NCBI GenBank assembly: GCA_002269645.1
Contig: NIVC01003368.1
Coordinates: 37,451 to 101,450 of the forward strand
DNA length: 64,000 nucleotides
Direction of reading: 5' to 3'
From: Macrostomum lignano
Taxonomy: Eukaryota
Of this stretch, positions 24,307 through 37,203 are shown piece after piece. Every line of letters begins with the position of its first letter. The first letter of the stretch is position 1. The position numbers and the translations under genes are program-made. The notes under the pieces are model-generated. The model was given only the letters and a program-made list of their open reading frames with translations. It was not told the origin of the DNA and searched no databases.

Positions 24307-27300
24307 CAGGAGAGAGGGCAGAGATGAAAGAGAGAAAAGATAAGGGACGAGACGAGAGGGCAGAGACAAGAAAGAGAACAGATTAGAGACGAGAGTGCAG
24401 AGATGAGAGAAAAGATAAGAGACAAGAGGGCACTCCAATTTTTGCTTACTTTATCATAACTAATACCTTTACCCTCTACCTTTAACTTTTAACATATACA
24501 AACAACACCTCAGTTTTGGTATATTGAGATAGGTTTGAAACTATTATCCATGATACAAAAATCACATTTCTTGTGCTAGTAGTGCTACTAGCTTTAGTTG
24601 GTAGTAATACCTGCTATAAAGGGAAGTGTTTTTTGTTTTACTAAAATCTGTCTTTTCTAAGACTTGAAGCTAGGTCATACCCCACCCCAATCACAGCCAA
24701 TAGGAAATAAGGAAATATATAGACCTATTCCTATCCAAGCAGCCATTTAGAGCTGTGGCCATCTTAGTATGTGGCCATCTTGGTCATGCACTAGGCCTAT
24801 GCAAAATGCCCATTGAATGAAGCAAAAACTAAAAGCTGACAGAAATATGATATTTAATGTATAACAGTTATAAAAACAAGAATTCTTTCTTATTATATTA
24901 AAATAAAATATAATCTAAGACTAGACCTAAGACTAAGAGTTACACTTTTTCATTGTATTTAAATCTGTTAATTGATATAAAATTTTCCTTGTTTGGCAAA
25001 TTGTAAGATTTAAATTTGCAGTTATTTTATATAAAGACTACAAAATAAAAAGCAAAATTCCATCAGGAAAGTCAAATTTAGCCTGCTAAGTAAAGCAAGC
25101 GGCGAATAAATACAGTAATGTCAAGTGTGAAAGTGTCAATGTTTATTGTCAACAATATTTTTTTATCTATCTGCATCTTGATGAAATTTTTGACTTTCAC
25201 ATCTAATTTCAAATTGAGGGTAGGATTTTCAAAATTTGGACATTATATTGTGTAAAATCTAATATTCATTTAAGTTACAAAAACATAGTCATAACTTTAA
25301 TACTTCATAAGAAAGTGTACAGTACAGACTAAAACGCACAAATTACACAGAAACAGGTTTAACGTTAGAAAAAATCTTTTAGACTACTATGACAATGGTA
25401 AAATAACGTACTGTAGTATTAATGGAAGGAATACTTTTAATAAATATTGTTGTCTTGCTGTGTAGCTCGTACGTCTTACTGGCGTACTCGTATGCTCAAG
25501 CTTAAGGAAAAATTAACCAAGTGTTCTTATAAAATAACACAGTTAAAAGCCTAAGCATACAGAAAGTGACAGAATATAGTTTTATTTGTTAACCCTTTCA
25601 AAGCGTTCTAAATTTTTTAGAAGATGTCTTGTTGTAGAACTATTTAAAATTTTATAGCAGTAATATCAAGCATTAAATAATTTGTTTTTCTAGTTTTTTA
25701 GTGAGATCTTGCAGTTTTTCCGGGTTGACTTTACCTATATTGATCGCTGTAGCTCATGTCCGTTGACCGCGACTGAAAGGCAAGAATTACTTGGAAGTTC
25801 AACCTACAGACACTAGTACAAACTATGACATGTGAGACACAGCAATCCTCAGTCAGCATTTTTTGTATGTATTTTATGGCTCTAAGTCAATTAAATTAGG
25901 CATACACCATAACAACTGCTCTGCTGCTTAGGCCTAGTTCCTAGGCCTAAATCCTTGCCTAGGCTAGGTAGGCCTATTCTTTGCTTTGACTTCTAGCCAT
26001 CTTTGTTGCTAAACTTCGGCTTAAGCCTTAGTAGGAACTCAAGAGCTTACCATATAAGCTCTTTGCATTTAAAAATTAAACCATTCAATTATATCTTGGC
26101 TTTACCCTTTAGACTTTAGCTAGGCTACAGCTCTGAGCTACCTAGGCTAGGCTAGGCCTAGGCCTAAGGCCTACTCTAACCTAACTCTAACCACAAAATG
26201 TGCACATGCAGCACATGGCATTATTTATTGCTTATTGCAACATTAGTGCACATTAGGCCTATTGCTTTATTAAAAATCCAAGCAAGTAGGCCTAGGGCCT
26301 ACTAAAAAACTCAGGATAAAGAACTTGAACTTAGTTAGGCCTAGTAGGAATTTTTCAAGGCCTATCTGAAAGCATTCTCTAGGCTTAGTAAAAAGTGTAT
26401 ACTAGATAGCAACTAGGCCTAGATAGCAATTTTATGTGAATTTAACATTTAAAGTTTAGTAGGCCTACCTGTAAATAGGAAAGTAGGCCTATGAGTTAGG
26501 CCTAGGCCTAGGCCAAAATTAAATTTTGATTCAATTTGATTCAATTTAAATATTCCCTATTGGAATTTTTGTATAAACTGTGTGGACAATCACGAGGAAG
26601 CAACAGCCTTCAGCTTAAAAGTGCGCCAAGGCTACAAATTTAGCCTTAAAAGCGTGCCAAGCTGCCACGCTGCTCCACAATGACAATGTGAGCATGCATA
26701 AATATTTCCTTGTTGCATTGTACCATGCTGCACCACACTGTGTTGTGCCCACGCTATGCTAGGCCATTGCGCTGTGCCACATCCTGACCATAGCTGCACT
26801 GCGCCAACCTGAAACCTGAAATTTTTTAAAAATGTGCCTGGATGCATGTCTGGGAAAATGTCACTTTTTCTATTAGGGTAAATATCTAACAAAACTGATT
26901 CAAATGCCAAATGGTAAGTGTTAATAATACTAAAGTACTACTAGGCCTAGGCCTAAATACAAATATATTAGTGAATATTCATAATATCCATTTTGTAAAC
27001 CTTGATTAAAAGGTCAGCATCTTTAGACCTTATTTCTTGTTCAATGAAATGTACTTAGATCAAATGCCAACCCCATCCTTACAATTTTGTAAGAATCAGG
27101 ATTCAGTACCCTTAAATATATGTTCTTTAAACCTAATTCTTAATGCTCTACTTCTAAAGCATTAATTCTAAGCACTAAGACTGCTTAATCACCTGCCTTT
27201 TCTCAAGATATGCCACATGTTGTCCTATTCTTAATTCCTTTCACTCATTTATAAGCCATAAGCCTACAACCCCTAATGCTCTTGATTCTTCAAACTCAAA

Positions 27301-30300
27301 TATCTTATTTTATTAATTATTGTACTTTAATCCCTCTGCTTTTCCGCTGTAAGCTCTCTTTCTTTACTTTTAAACTAGGTTGTCTGTCTTTATCTCTGAT
27401 GTGATAAGGCTTTTCTTTATCTATCTCTAATTAATCCCACTGCTGGTACTTGCTATGACAGAGGTTTTTTCCCTGTCTCTAATATCCTTTAGCTGCCACC
27501 AAGTTGTCCTAGCAGTTAATTCTCTTTCTTCTATCTGCTTCTTAGAACCAGATATCAACTTCTTTCTAGTACATTTCTAGGTGTCATTCTAATGTATTAT
27601 TCTGGTAGCATCTAATGTATAGCCTGAGCAGTCTAGTACTAGTCCATGAGTTAGTCCAATTGGCATTACTGAGATTAGAGGGTCACGATGCAACTCTGAT
27701 ATATCTCTGCAAATTATTCCCCAACTTCTTCTCTTAGCAAATTTCTTAGAACTGTTTCTCAGCTTTGCAAATGAATAAGTTGCTTCTAACTTCAAAGTCT
27801 CTAAGGATTTATAGATTGAACTGCTATTAACTTTGCTTGCAATGAGTGCTCATAGACACATAGACAGTTGAGTTTATTTGGCTGAAAAATTGCTCTTATA
27901 TATACCCAAAAATTTCCCAATACAAATATAACAAAGAATATTTCCCCATAATATTTTGTGCATTAAAACAAATGATTTACCATATTATAACAAATATTTG
28001 GTACATTCAAACAAACTTAAATTTAGCATCTCACATAGATTTAATTTTAAAGAAAGGTACAATATTATTCAAGCATTGATTAGAAAGGTAAGATATTTGA
28101 GTAGCACTATTATACTTATTACCTTATTCACTCAGGGAGCTTATAGTTGAAACTGCCCTAATATAGCTCTATAGAATAAATAATGCAAGAGGTTCTTTTA
28201 AAAGTATAGCTATAAATGGAAAGGTGTTTGTATAATGGCTCTGAGTTAATTTTGCTTGAGGCTGGGACAATATTTTATATATAGAGTTGAGACTGTTTCT
28301 TGCCCCTTGCCGATGTAAAAAAGGGGTTTACGCATAGTTAGGCCCTAGCAATGGCAAGGGTTTACATTGGCATGTTTTTTCAGCCTTTGATACTAGGCAT
28401 GCAAGTTACTATGTGGGTGAGGTTAGTTTGCCTAGGCCTGATTATATTAAATCATTAAAGCAAGTTGGAGGGAGGTCTAAGCTATAGTCTTAGTTGCACA
28501 TTTTTCTTTTGTTGGCCACACGTCTACCCTTCTGGTTGCCATGCTACATGGGATTGGTTGCCAGAATTTGGTGCTTAGATACACATTGCACTTGTTAACC
28601 TTTGGTCTGGATGTCTTTGGTCTGGCAGCTACCTTGCTCCCTTTGCTGACTCATTATTGTCTGAAATAGGATTGGGACTTTTCTTTTACTTAGTTTTGTG
28701 CTTTGATTAATTAACTCTGTTGTTTTTCCCCAGCCCTTCTATTGATGCCTTGGCCTCTTTTCTTCCCTGCATTCTCTTACTCAAGTGTTTTGCATCTAGA
28801 ATTCTTTTTAGACTTAAATGGTTATTTTTTGCACTTGATGAACTTTTGAACTTAGCTTTTTCTCACCAAATTTATCTCTTCATGTTGCCAAATTCTGATC
28901 CCTATATCCTTAGAAAACAACTACCTCTAGGCCTAATTAGGGATTGATTAGTTGTAATTTTTTGTCTGTGATTGGAACTAGACTATGCATAAAACTATGT
29001 GTAACCATGAATTTTTTATAACAACATTTTAATTTAAACACAGAACTTTTAGTATTAATATTACCAAGTCTATTAATTTTTTTTTATTTTGAGCTTTGTT
29101 TTTTCATGTTTATTGTTTGACCATATTTGATTACATGGCTTTGTTATATCTGCACTGATTTGTTGCAATTTTGGTTTGATTTGGTTGTGCTATGACTTAA
29201 AATAAGGTTTAATTCACAAAATTCACAAATTGTGATTGGCAAAAGACAGCATAATTTTTTTCTTTGTGATCACAGTTTTTGTGATTGTGACCATGATCCT
29301 ATATAGTAGGCCATGATGCTTTAACTAAGGCAACAATGTGTATTATTTAATTTGAGAGTCTTTATTGGCCTATATTTATATATTCTATCTTAGAATCAAT
29401 TAAATCAAGTTGGTTCAAACTATTATAGGCCTAATATAACAGATTTTTTCTAGTCACAGTAATTACTTAGGGCTAGTCCTAAAAAATAAAATGAAATACG
29501 AGTACATAGAATAAAAAAAGTCAATTAATATTCTATTACCATTCTTTAATCCAATTATCTTTGAAGCAAAATAGTCTATGATTAAAAAAACTAGTCTATA
29601 GATAAAATGTCCATGGCCAAAATTAAAGACTCCAAAAAAGATTTTTAAGTTTTTTGTATTTGTTCTATTCCATTTGATAAATCTAATTTGCCTAAATAAA
29701 AATACAAGACACCAACTTTTTTTTAAGTTAGTCAAACAAAAGTGAGAAGTTGAAAATTGTTTATATTTGAATTTTTTACATTTTTAAAGAACTTTGCCTA
29801 TTTGACACTATGATCATTTTTGCCAAAAAATTTGTTTATTACTAAAAATTAGTTTTAGTTTTTTTATCCCTGGCAATATCTAGTAATAAAAAATAAAAAT
29901 AAAAAATTCACACCTGACTTTGCAGATTTTGCCAATGAAAATTATTTTATACCTAGGGTAAATAGCAAAGACTTTTTTTTACCCTAGTCATGTCTATTTT
30001 GGAAAATGTTGGCAACAAACCAATACTTTACTTTGTAAGATAAGTTGCAAAAATATATTATATTTTAAAAAAAAAGTGAAGTAAATTTTACAATTTGTAT
30101 AATTTTAAAGGTTGCAAAAATGTATGCTTTAACCTATATCAATTTTACCTTAATTTTCTATTGTATTTTATTTAATTCCAAAGTTGTAATAACAAAGGTT
30201 ATTACAAAGTAGATATATAAAATAATTGACTATTTCTTTATTCTTATGTAGGTAATTTTTGCAGTAATATTTTTTAGAATTAAATATTTGTATATTAGTA

Positions 30301-30639
30301 TTTGACCATTTTTAGTATATTGATGTTAGTATTCCAATGCAAGGAATGCTAGAATAAAATTTTAAGCCCTCTAAGCCCTAAGTCTAACAATAGTTTAAGG
30401 ATTTTTAAGCTCTATTATATATATTATACAAGCTGTTGAAACCCGCGGATTTTGAACCCGGGGAATTTCAATCCCTGGAACTATTTTTGCATGTACTCGT
30501 ATTCTAAAATCTGAGGTCAAACTCAAACAAAAGCTTGTTAATAGTTAGGTTAGAATTAAACATAAAATAGAGTACATTCGTAAAAAATTAGGATTTAAGG
30601 CAAACATTTATATTGTTGGCTGGGGTGCTCCAAACAGGC

Positions 30640-32130
30640 AAACTCTGGCCTCTGCCTCTCCTTATATCCCTTGGATCCTTAGAAACTTTGACCTTCTCTT
30701 CTGTTTCCTCTCCTCTCTCTCGTCTCTGTCTCTTCTCTCTCTCTCCTCTATCCCCTATTCTCTCGTCTATTCTCTCTCCCTTCTATTCTTTTATCCCTCC
30801 TCTCCTCCCTCCTCTCTACTCTCTCCTCTCTCTCCTCTCATCTCTTCTCTTCTTTCCTCTCTCCTCTCTCCTCTCTTCTATCGTCTCTTCCCTCACCTCT
30901 CTTCTCTCTCGTCTTTGCTCTCTTATCTATCTCTTCTTTCTCTTCTTTTATCTTTTCTCTCTTCTCTTTTCTCATTCTTTCTGCATGTTCTCTCCTCTCT
31001 CCCTCTCTCTCTCCTCTCTCTCCCTCTCTCTCCTCTCTCTCCCTCTCTCTCTCCTCTCTCTCCCTCTCTCTCTCCTCTTATCTCTCTGCTCTCTCCTGTC
31101 CCATATCTCTTTCTCCTCTAATCTCTCCCCTGTTTCATCTCCTCTCTCGTCCTTTCTCCTCTTTCCCCTGTCCTCTCGTTTCTCTCCCCTCCCCTCCTCT
31201 CTCCTCACTCACTTCTCTCTCCCTTTGTCTTACCTCTCATCTCTTATTTCTATCCTTTTTTCTCTCCACTCTCCCATCTCTCGTCTGTTCACTCTCGTCT
31301 CTGGTCTCTCATCTCCCCTCTCTCATCTGCCATCTTTACTCTCTTATACTCGTATGTTTTCTCACCTCTCTCATCTGTACTCTTCTCTTTCCCCTCTTTT
31401 GACTCCTCTCTTTCCTTTCTCCTTTTTCCCTTCTCTTCTATTCCCTCTTCTATTCTCTTCCTCTCTTGTCTTCTCTCTTTTCTCTTCGCTCTCCTCTCTC
31501 CTCTCATATATCGCGTTCACTCTCATCTTTGCTCTCCACCCCCTCTCTCTTCTCTCTCCACTCTTTACTCTCCACTCTCCTGTGTACTCTTCTCTTTCCC
31601 CTTTACTGAATCCTCTCTTCTTACTCCTCTTCTCTTCCCTCTTCTATACTCTTCTCTTGTCTCTTTGCACTCTGCTCTCTCTTCCTTCACCTCTCTATCT
31701 CTACTCTCTCGTCTCCACAATCTCATCTCTTTCCTCTCTCCTCTTCTTCCCTTTACTCTATCATCTCTCCTTTCTCCTCTCTTCTTTCTCAACTCTCTCT
31801 CTCATCTCTTATCTCCTCTCTTCTCACTCCTCTCTCCCTCTCTCTCCCCTCCTATCTCCTCTCTGTTCTCTATTCTCTATTCTCTTCTCACTCTTCTCTA
31901 CTCTCCTCTCTCATCGATCCTCTGTCTCATCTCTCCCCTCTTCTCTCTTCCTCTTCTCACCTCTACTCTTTCCTCTCCCTCCTGTCTCCCCTCCTCTCGC
32001 TTCCTCCTCCCATATTCTCTGCTCTCTCCTCGTCCTCACCCCACTCGTCTTTCCTGTTATCTTATATCTTTTCTCTTACCCCCTCTCGCCCTTCCTCTCT
32101 TTCCAATAGTCTATTCCTTTTCTTTTTCAC
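30640..32130. repeat. 1.5-kb pyrimidine (CT)-rich low-complexity tract
   Basis: Nearly G-free + strand; explains the S/L/P/F-rich 498-aa ORF and the E/R/G-rich antisense ORFs. Confidence 0.95.
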
Positions 32131-32849
32131 ACTCATCTGGCCCGCAGCCATGAGTTGGATTCTTTATCTGGCCTTTGAGTTAAAAATCTACCGATCCCTG
32201 CTTTGAAAGCCAGTTTGTGGGACGTAGTACTATCATGGTTATCATTTCTTATGCTTTAATCACGTCACCTTTCTGGCCAATTAGCAGCCCTGAGAGGAAT
32301 TTGTGTATCTCCAGCTCCACCACCACAGTTTGCACTCTGCAGCAGTCTAACAACCAAGGAAATGCGCATTTCTTAGGAGTCATTTAAATTTTAAAGTTAC
32401 TCTATGCGAAACTTAATGTTAAAAGCTTCATGGTGTAACTAATTTAGTAGGATTTCATTGTAATAAGTTATTCATTAATTTTTCGCTATTTTTACAAACC
32501 ATCCCGCATCGCCTTGATTTGCCTGTTTGCCATCCACTGTTAAACTGCTGCAGACTTGTCTATACAGAGGACAGTGGTTTGAATCTCTCGCTGAAACTGT
32601 CTCTCCTCTCCACGCCTCTCCACTCGCGGGGGTGCAGAGAAGGCTATTAAAAGTTATTCCAAAACAGTGTACGTTGCCATGTACATTCAGCCCTATCGCC
32701 TGACCCTTCGTCTGGGCTGGGGGAATGAGTGAGTGAGTGGCACAAACAACAGAAAAAGCAGACAAAATTCACATGCTTACAGTTTCCGTCCTGATTGAGA
32801 TACAGAGTTGAGACTTTACATGTAGGCAGAGAATGAGTCAATAAAGAAT

Positions 32850-33365
32850 TGTGTTAAGTTAGAAGTCAATCGCTTCACGTGGAGCAAACTTATGGCAGCC
32901 GAAAGTTAGTCATTTTAAAACCCATTTACACCCTTTGCCCAGATCGGGAAAGAGGCAGGCGGGCGGAGGTTGGGGTGGCTGTCTCGCTGAAAAAAACAGC
33001 CAAACTTTAAAAGTGCACAGCGCCGTTCAGGATTAACTTTGAGACTCGAAATTTTACACGATTGTGTCAAAATAGTTGAAAATTGATTGTGTCAAATTTG
33101 AAGAGGATCGGTAGAAGTGGAGCGGCGCTAAGGAGGCTTTAGTAAAAAAATCGCGCATTTTGAGCAGTTTTTTGCACTTTTAGGTAGGAAGACTCAAATT
33201 CAGGAAATTTAAAGGTAGCCTAAGACATTCTCCGTAGTGAGTTTAGGGTGGGTGTAAAATTTGGTGTCATTTGGTTGAGCGGTTTGGGAGTCCATAGCGA
33301 TCAAAATTGTCCACACACAGACAGACACACACACACACAGAGTTTTGATTTTTATATGTAGAGAT
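32850..33365 (+). mobile_element. DINE-1/Helentron-like non-autonomous element
   Basis: Typical architecture AAATTTGAAGAGGATCGG..AAATTTGGTGTCATTTGGTTGAGCGGTTT..CACACACAGACAGAC(AC)n..TTTTATATGTAGAGAT. The left boundary is approximate. Confidence 0.6.
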
Positions 33366-34930
33366 AAGTGGCTAAGGTAATACTAATAATAAGAATATAG
33401 TTCTAGTCATTCTTTTTGTATTCTTAATTCTTAACAAATATTATATTTGCCATAGAAAGTTTACACTTTTATAGTGACTATATTTTTTCTAAGCATATGT
33501 ATTTATTACTGTATTACTATTCAAAGCTCAAATAAAATTGTTGGTCTAGTTGCTTAATATAATCCTCTTTTAAAATATTAACAAATAGTTTTTATAGGCA
33601 AAATAAATGCAAAAACTAGACAAATATTATTAAAATAGCTTTATTCACCTAGTATTCTATATGACTATAGCCTTAAAATATGTGCTTTTTTCTTTTAGAA
33701 AAGTGTTAGATAGTATTTTTTTACTTTTCATTTATATATAACTAGCTAATTATACTGAGTTAAATATTTTAAAATTAAAATTATTGAAAATACCTTTAGA
33801 AAGTTAGTAAGTATTGCCATGTTTGAATAAATTCAAAGATATATCTAAAGTGATAGATTTAAAAAAATCAAGAAATGTACAATAGAACACTTTATATAAT
33901 AATAATATTTTTCTTTAAGAGGAGCAAAAGGCAGTTTTCCATCCTTATACTAGAGCAGTCCTTGGTTATGTATATCTAGTATATTTGTTCAATATATTAT
34001 GTTATTTCAAATATTTTTATAATTTATCTATTTCAATATGTATGATAAAATTCATTTGTGCCCTTATGATGAACACAAATTTTTAAGTGAGCTAACCTAT
34101 TTTTAGTATTGAGCATCGTCATAGTTACTCTGAAGGGCAAGTGAATTATGATATACTTGTATGTTTAAGTAAAATTTTTTAGTACTTTGATTGCAACTAA
34201 TAGAATTTCACATAAAGTGTAGAGTTTACTTATAATACCTAGTTATTTAACATTTTAAAGTAAGTGATGTCACTATCACTGGCTCAATAGTGGTATTGTG
34301 TTTTTTAGCATATTAGAGTTGCAGAAGTCTGCAGACTTCGTGTTTATAGATTATTCAAAGTTGATAATTAACAGAAGTATTAAAAATTCTAGAATCCCTA
34401 TAATGATTCTTGATACTTCCAGAAGATGTAAATGACAAAAATAGAAAGTTACATTTAATTATAATAGCACCCAGCTTGAAAAAAAAGCTTTTTAATTCTA
34501 AATTCAGGATGCCAACAATTAAAGTTGATGTGTGATGACAAATACTGACACAAAAAGCCCAATGCTTGTAATTATTGCTGCTAATGAGGCTTATAAATTG
34601 ATTAAAATATTTCCAGCTTAGCTGTGTACTAACCACAATCAACTCTGCTTAACTTGTAGTGCAGGCAGTGAATGTGCTAAATCATTTAACTATCTACCCA
34701 ATTAAGAGTATAAAAATCCTTGCAACTTCCTCTGACAATAAGTCAAAGTGGTAAATGATGCTAATATTTGTTGTATATTAAACTTTTGACCCTGAAAAGT
34801 TCTGTACTGTACTAAGTGTTTTAAATATATATTTGTACTTTTACTGACACTTTCAAAAGGAAGCAATATTTATTATAATTACTAGAGCAAAGTACTTCGT
34901 GTACTTTTAAAGAAAATTAGCCCAAATAAA

Positions 34931-35335
34931 ATGGCCGAGAGCGAGTCAATCACAGACGCTGGAGTTGACGATGATGAAGAGGACGCTGTCCCAGTTGGGG
35001 CCGCTCTGGGCAGGCGCGGACGCGGCGACCTGTTTAGCAAAGAGATCAAAATGATGCTGTATGGTTTTGGCGACGATGAGAATCCATATAAGGAGACCGT
35101 GTCTCTTCTGGAAGAGCTGGCGGTGTCCTATATTTGCTCGGTGTCCCGCAGAGCAGCTGAAGTTGGCAAGTCTGGCCGTATCGGCGTCGAAGATATTGAA
35201 TATGTTGTTCGCCGCGATCCAAAAAAGTACTCAAGAGTACGCGAACTGCTCACTATTAATGAGGTGTTGAAACGGGCCCGGAAGGCTTTTGATGATCCAG
35301 AATCAGCTGCTCAGGCTAACGAAACCAGCCAGTAG
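34931..35335 (+). CDS. TAF13: Transcription initiation factor TFIID subunit 13, intronless, 134 aa
   Basis: Acidic N-terminus followed by LFSKEIKMMLYGFGDDENPYKETVSLLEEL..VEDIEYVVRRDPKKYSRVRELL..LKRARKAFD, the TFIID-18kDa signature. Confidence 0.96.
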   Translation: MAESESITDAGVDDDEEDAVPVGAALGRRGRGDLFSKEIKMMLYGFGDDENPYKETVSLLEELAVSYICSVSRRAAEVGKSGRIGVEDIEYVVRRDPKKYSRVRELLTINEVLKRARKAFDDPESAAQANETSQ

Positions 35336-35349
35336 CTTTAATGTGCACT

Positions 35350-36110
35350 GTATGTGTGCCAGGCTGCTCAAGGCCATCCCCTATGTCAGAATACTCAAGG
35401 CCATCCCTAATGTCAGACTACTCAAGGCCATTATTAATGTCAGACTGCTCAATACCATTCTTAATGACGTTAGACTACCCAAAGCCATCCCCAATTTCAG
35501 ACTACTCAAAGCCATCCCCAATGTCAGACTACTCAAAGCCATCCCCAATTTCAGACTACTCAAAGCCATCCACAATGTCAGACTGCTCAAGGCCATCCCC
35601 AATTTCAGACTACTCAAAGCCATCCCCAATGTCAGACTGCTCAAGGCCATCCCCAATGTCAGACTGCTCCACCCCATCCCCAATGTCAGACTACTCAAAG
35701 CCATCCACAATGTCAGACTACTCAAAGCCATCCCCAATGTCAGACTACTCAAAGCCATCCCCAATTTCAGACTACTCAAAGCCATCCACAATGTCAGACT
35801 GCTCAAGGCCATCCCCAATTTCAGACTACTCAAAGCCATCCCCAATGTCAGACTGCTCAAGGCCATCCCCAATGTCAGACTGCTCCACCCCATCCCCAAT
35901 GTCAGACTACTCAAAGCCATCCACAATGTCAGACTACTCAAAGCCATCCCCAATGTCAGACTACTCAAAGCCCTCCCCAATGTCACACTATTCAAGGCCA
36001 TTCTTAATGTCAGACTGCTCAATACCATCCCCAATGTCAGACCACCCAAAGCCATCCCCAATGTCAGACTACTCAAAGCCATCCCCAATGTCAGACTACT
36101 CAAAGTTATA
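35350..36110. repeat. 27-bp minisatellite (AATGTCAGACTACTCAAAGCCATCCCC)n immediately 3' of TAF13
   Basis: ~28 copies; a variant unit recurs with a 216-bp period (35667, 35883). Confidence 0.97.
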
Positions 36111-37203
36111 CCAATAAAAGCACAAAAATTGCCCGCAGACGAATTAACCGCCGAGATTTGCCTGCAATTCTTTTTTTGCAGCGCATTTGGCCACAGCAGA
36201 TTTTGCCTGTATTGCTCTCCTGTAGTGCATTTGTGAGTGCAGGCAAATACAGGCATTTGCAATGCAGGCAAAATATGCAGCATGGGTAAATGCGCCTCAG
36301 GAAAAAAGCATTGCGGGCAAATTTTGGCGGGAAATTCCTCTGCGGACTATTCTTATGGACCCAAAAATGTCTGTCAAACACTCTTGGTTAATTATTGTTT
36401 GTACTATCTGTGCACATTTGTTGTATGGTTAAATTTATATCATTTAAATGATTGCTCGATGCTGTGTGTTGTAGCAATAACTCCATGTACAAAAACTTTA
36501 TTTACGTATTAATAAAGCCTATCGATACTTTATTTAATTTCATCAAAGTTGGTTCGTTTTTGTTTACTTTATGTGAGCCATTTTAATCAGGGACATAAAA
36601 AGAGACTTTAGGGACACTAAAAAATTCAATTTTGCACTACTAAAGACTACTGAGAGAAGTAGGCGAATAGAGACTCGAATCGTAAAATCTCTTGGATGGC
36701 CCGAAAAATGTCGCCATAAAAGAAACGTCTGTGCACACTGAGAGTTGGTGGGAGAGGATGGTGTGTGTGTGTCTATGGCTAACTTTGTAATTTTGTACAC
36801 ACATTTTTTGTCTCTCCTTACTACTTGTGAGTAGGCTGATAAGTATTTAGGTCAGTAAATTTTAGGTAAACAAGATTAGCTCTACAAAATCCCTAAAATC
36901 ACGAAAACTTATTGCACCACTATTTCTGTATTCCGTCAGTGGCAACCAACATCTGTCGCATTGGCTCATTTTTTGTGTTTAAACAACTACGATTAAGTTG
37001 ACTTTTATTACATTTAAATACGAAAGTTATATTCTAGAATTTTTTTCTTACAATCTTCGCAACCTGAGACTCGTCGCTAACTTCCAACTGCCCGCGGTTA
37101 AAACAACAACAACAATATTAACAAAGACAATTGACACAAATTTTGAAAACAATAAATCATTTTCTTTAATAAAAAACGAACGTTTTAACAAGCCGAAGCA
37201 GAA

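Larger units (their letters stand above)
23810..24430. repeat. Purine (AG)-rich low-complexity tract interrupted by a MITE
   Basis: GAGAG/GAGGAG-rich sequence almost devoid of C on the + strand. Confidence 0.85.
21531..24796. mobile_element. 3.3-kb composite TIR element (MULE-like, candidate 10-bp TSD CTATGCAAAA) carrying nested repeats
   Basis: ~40-bp TIR GTG(T/C)A(A/T)GACCAAGATGGCCACA(C/T)AC(C/T)AAGATGGCCACAGCT at 21532-21572 and (rc) 24750-24791. CTATGCAAAA at 21521-21530 and 24797-24806. Internal MAGAYPCVVCLQPVCNGQK (ATG 21935) resembles a PHD-finger start. Confidence 0.7.

Noticed and set aside
26990-28150. Decayed LINE/Penelope ORF on the minus strand
   Set aside because: Purine-rich and coding-like, but riddled with stops and with no RT or endonuclease motif I can identify.
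30613-32109. 498-aa hydrophobic ORF resembling a membrane protein
   Set aside because: A CT-rich tract is depleted of stop codons by composition; it starts at TTG and has no motifs.
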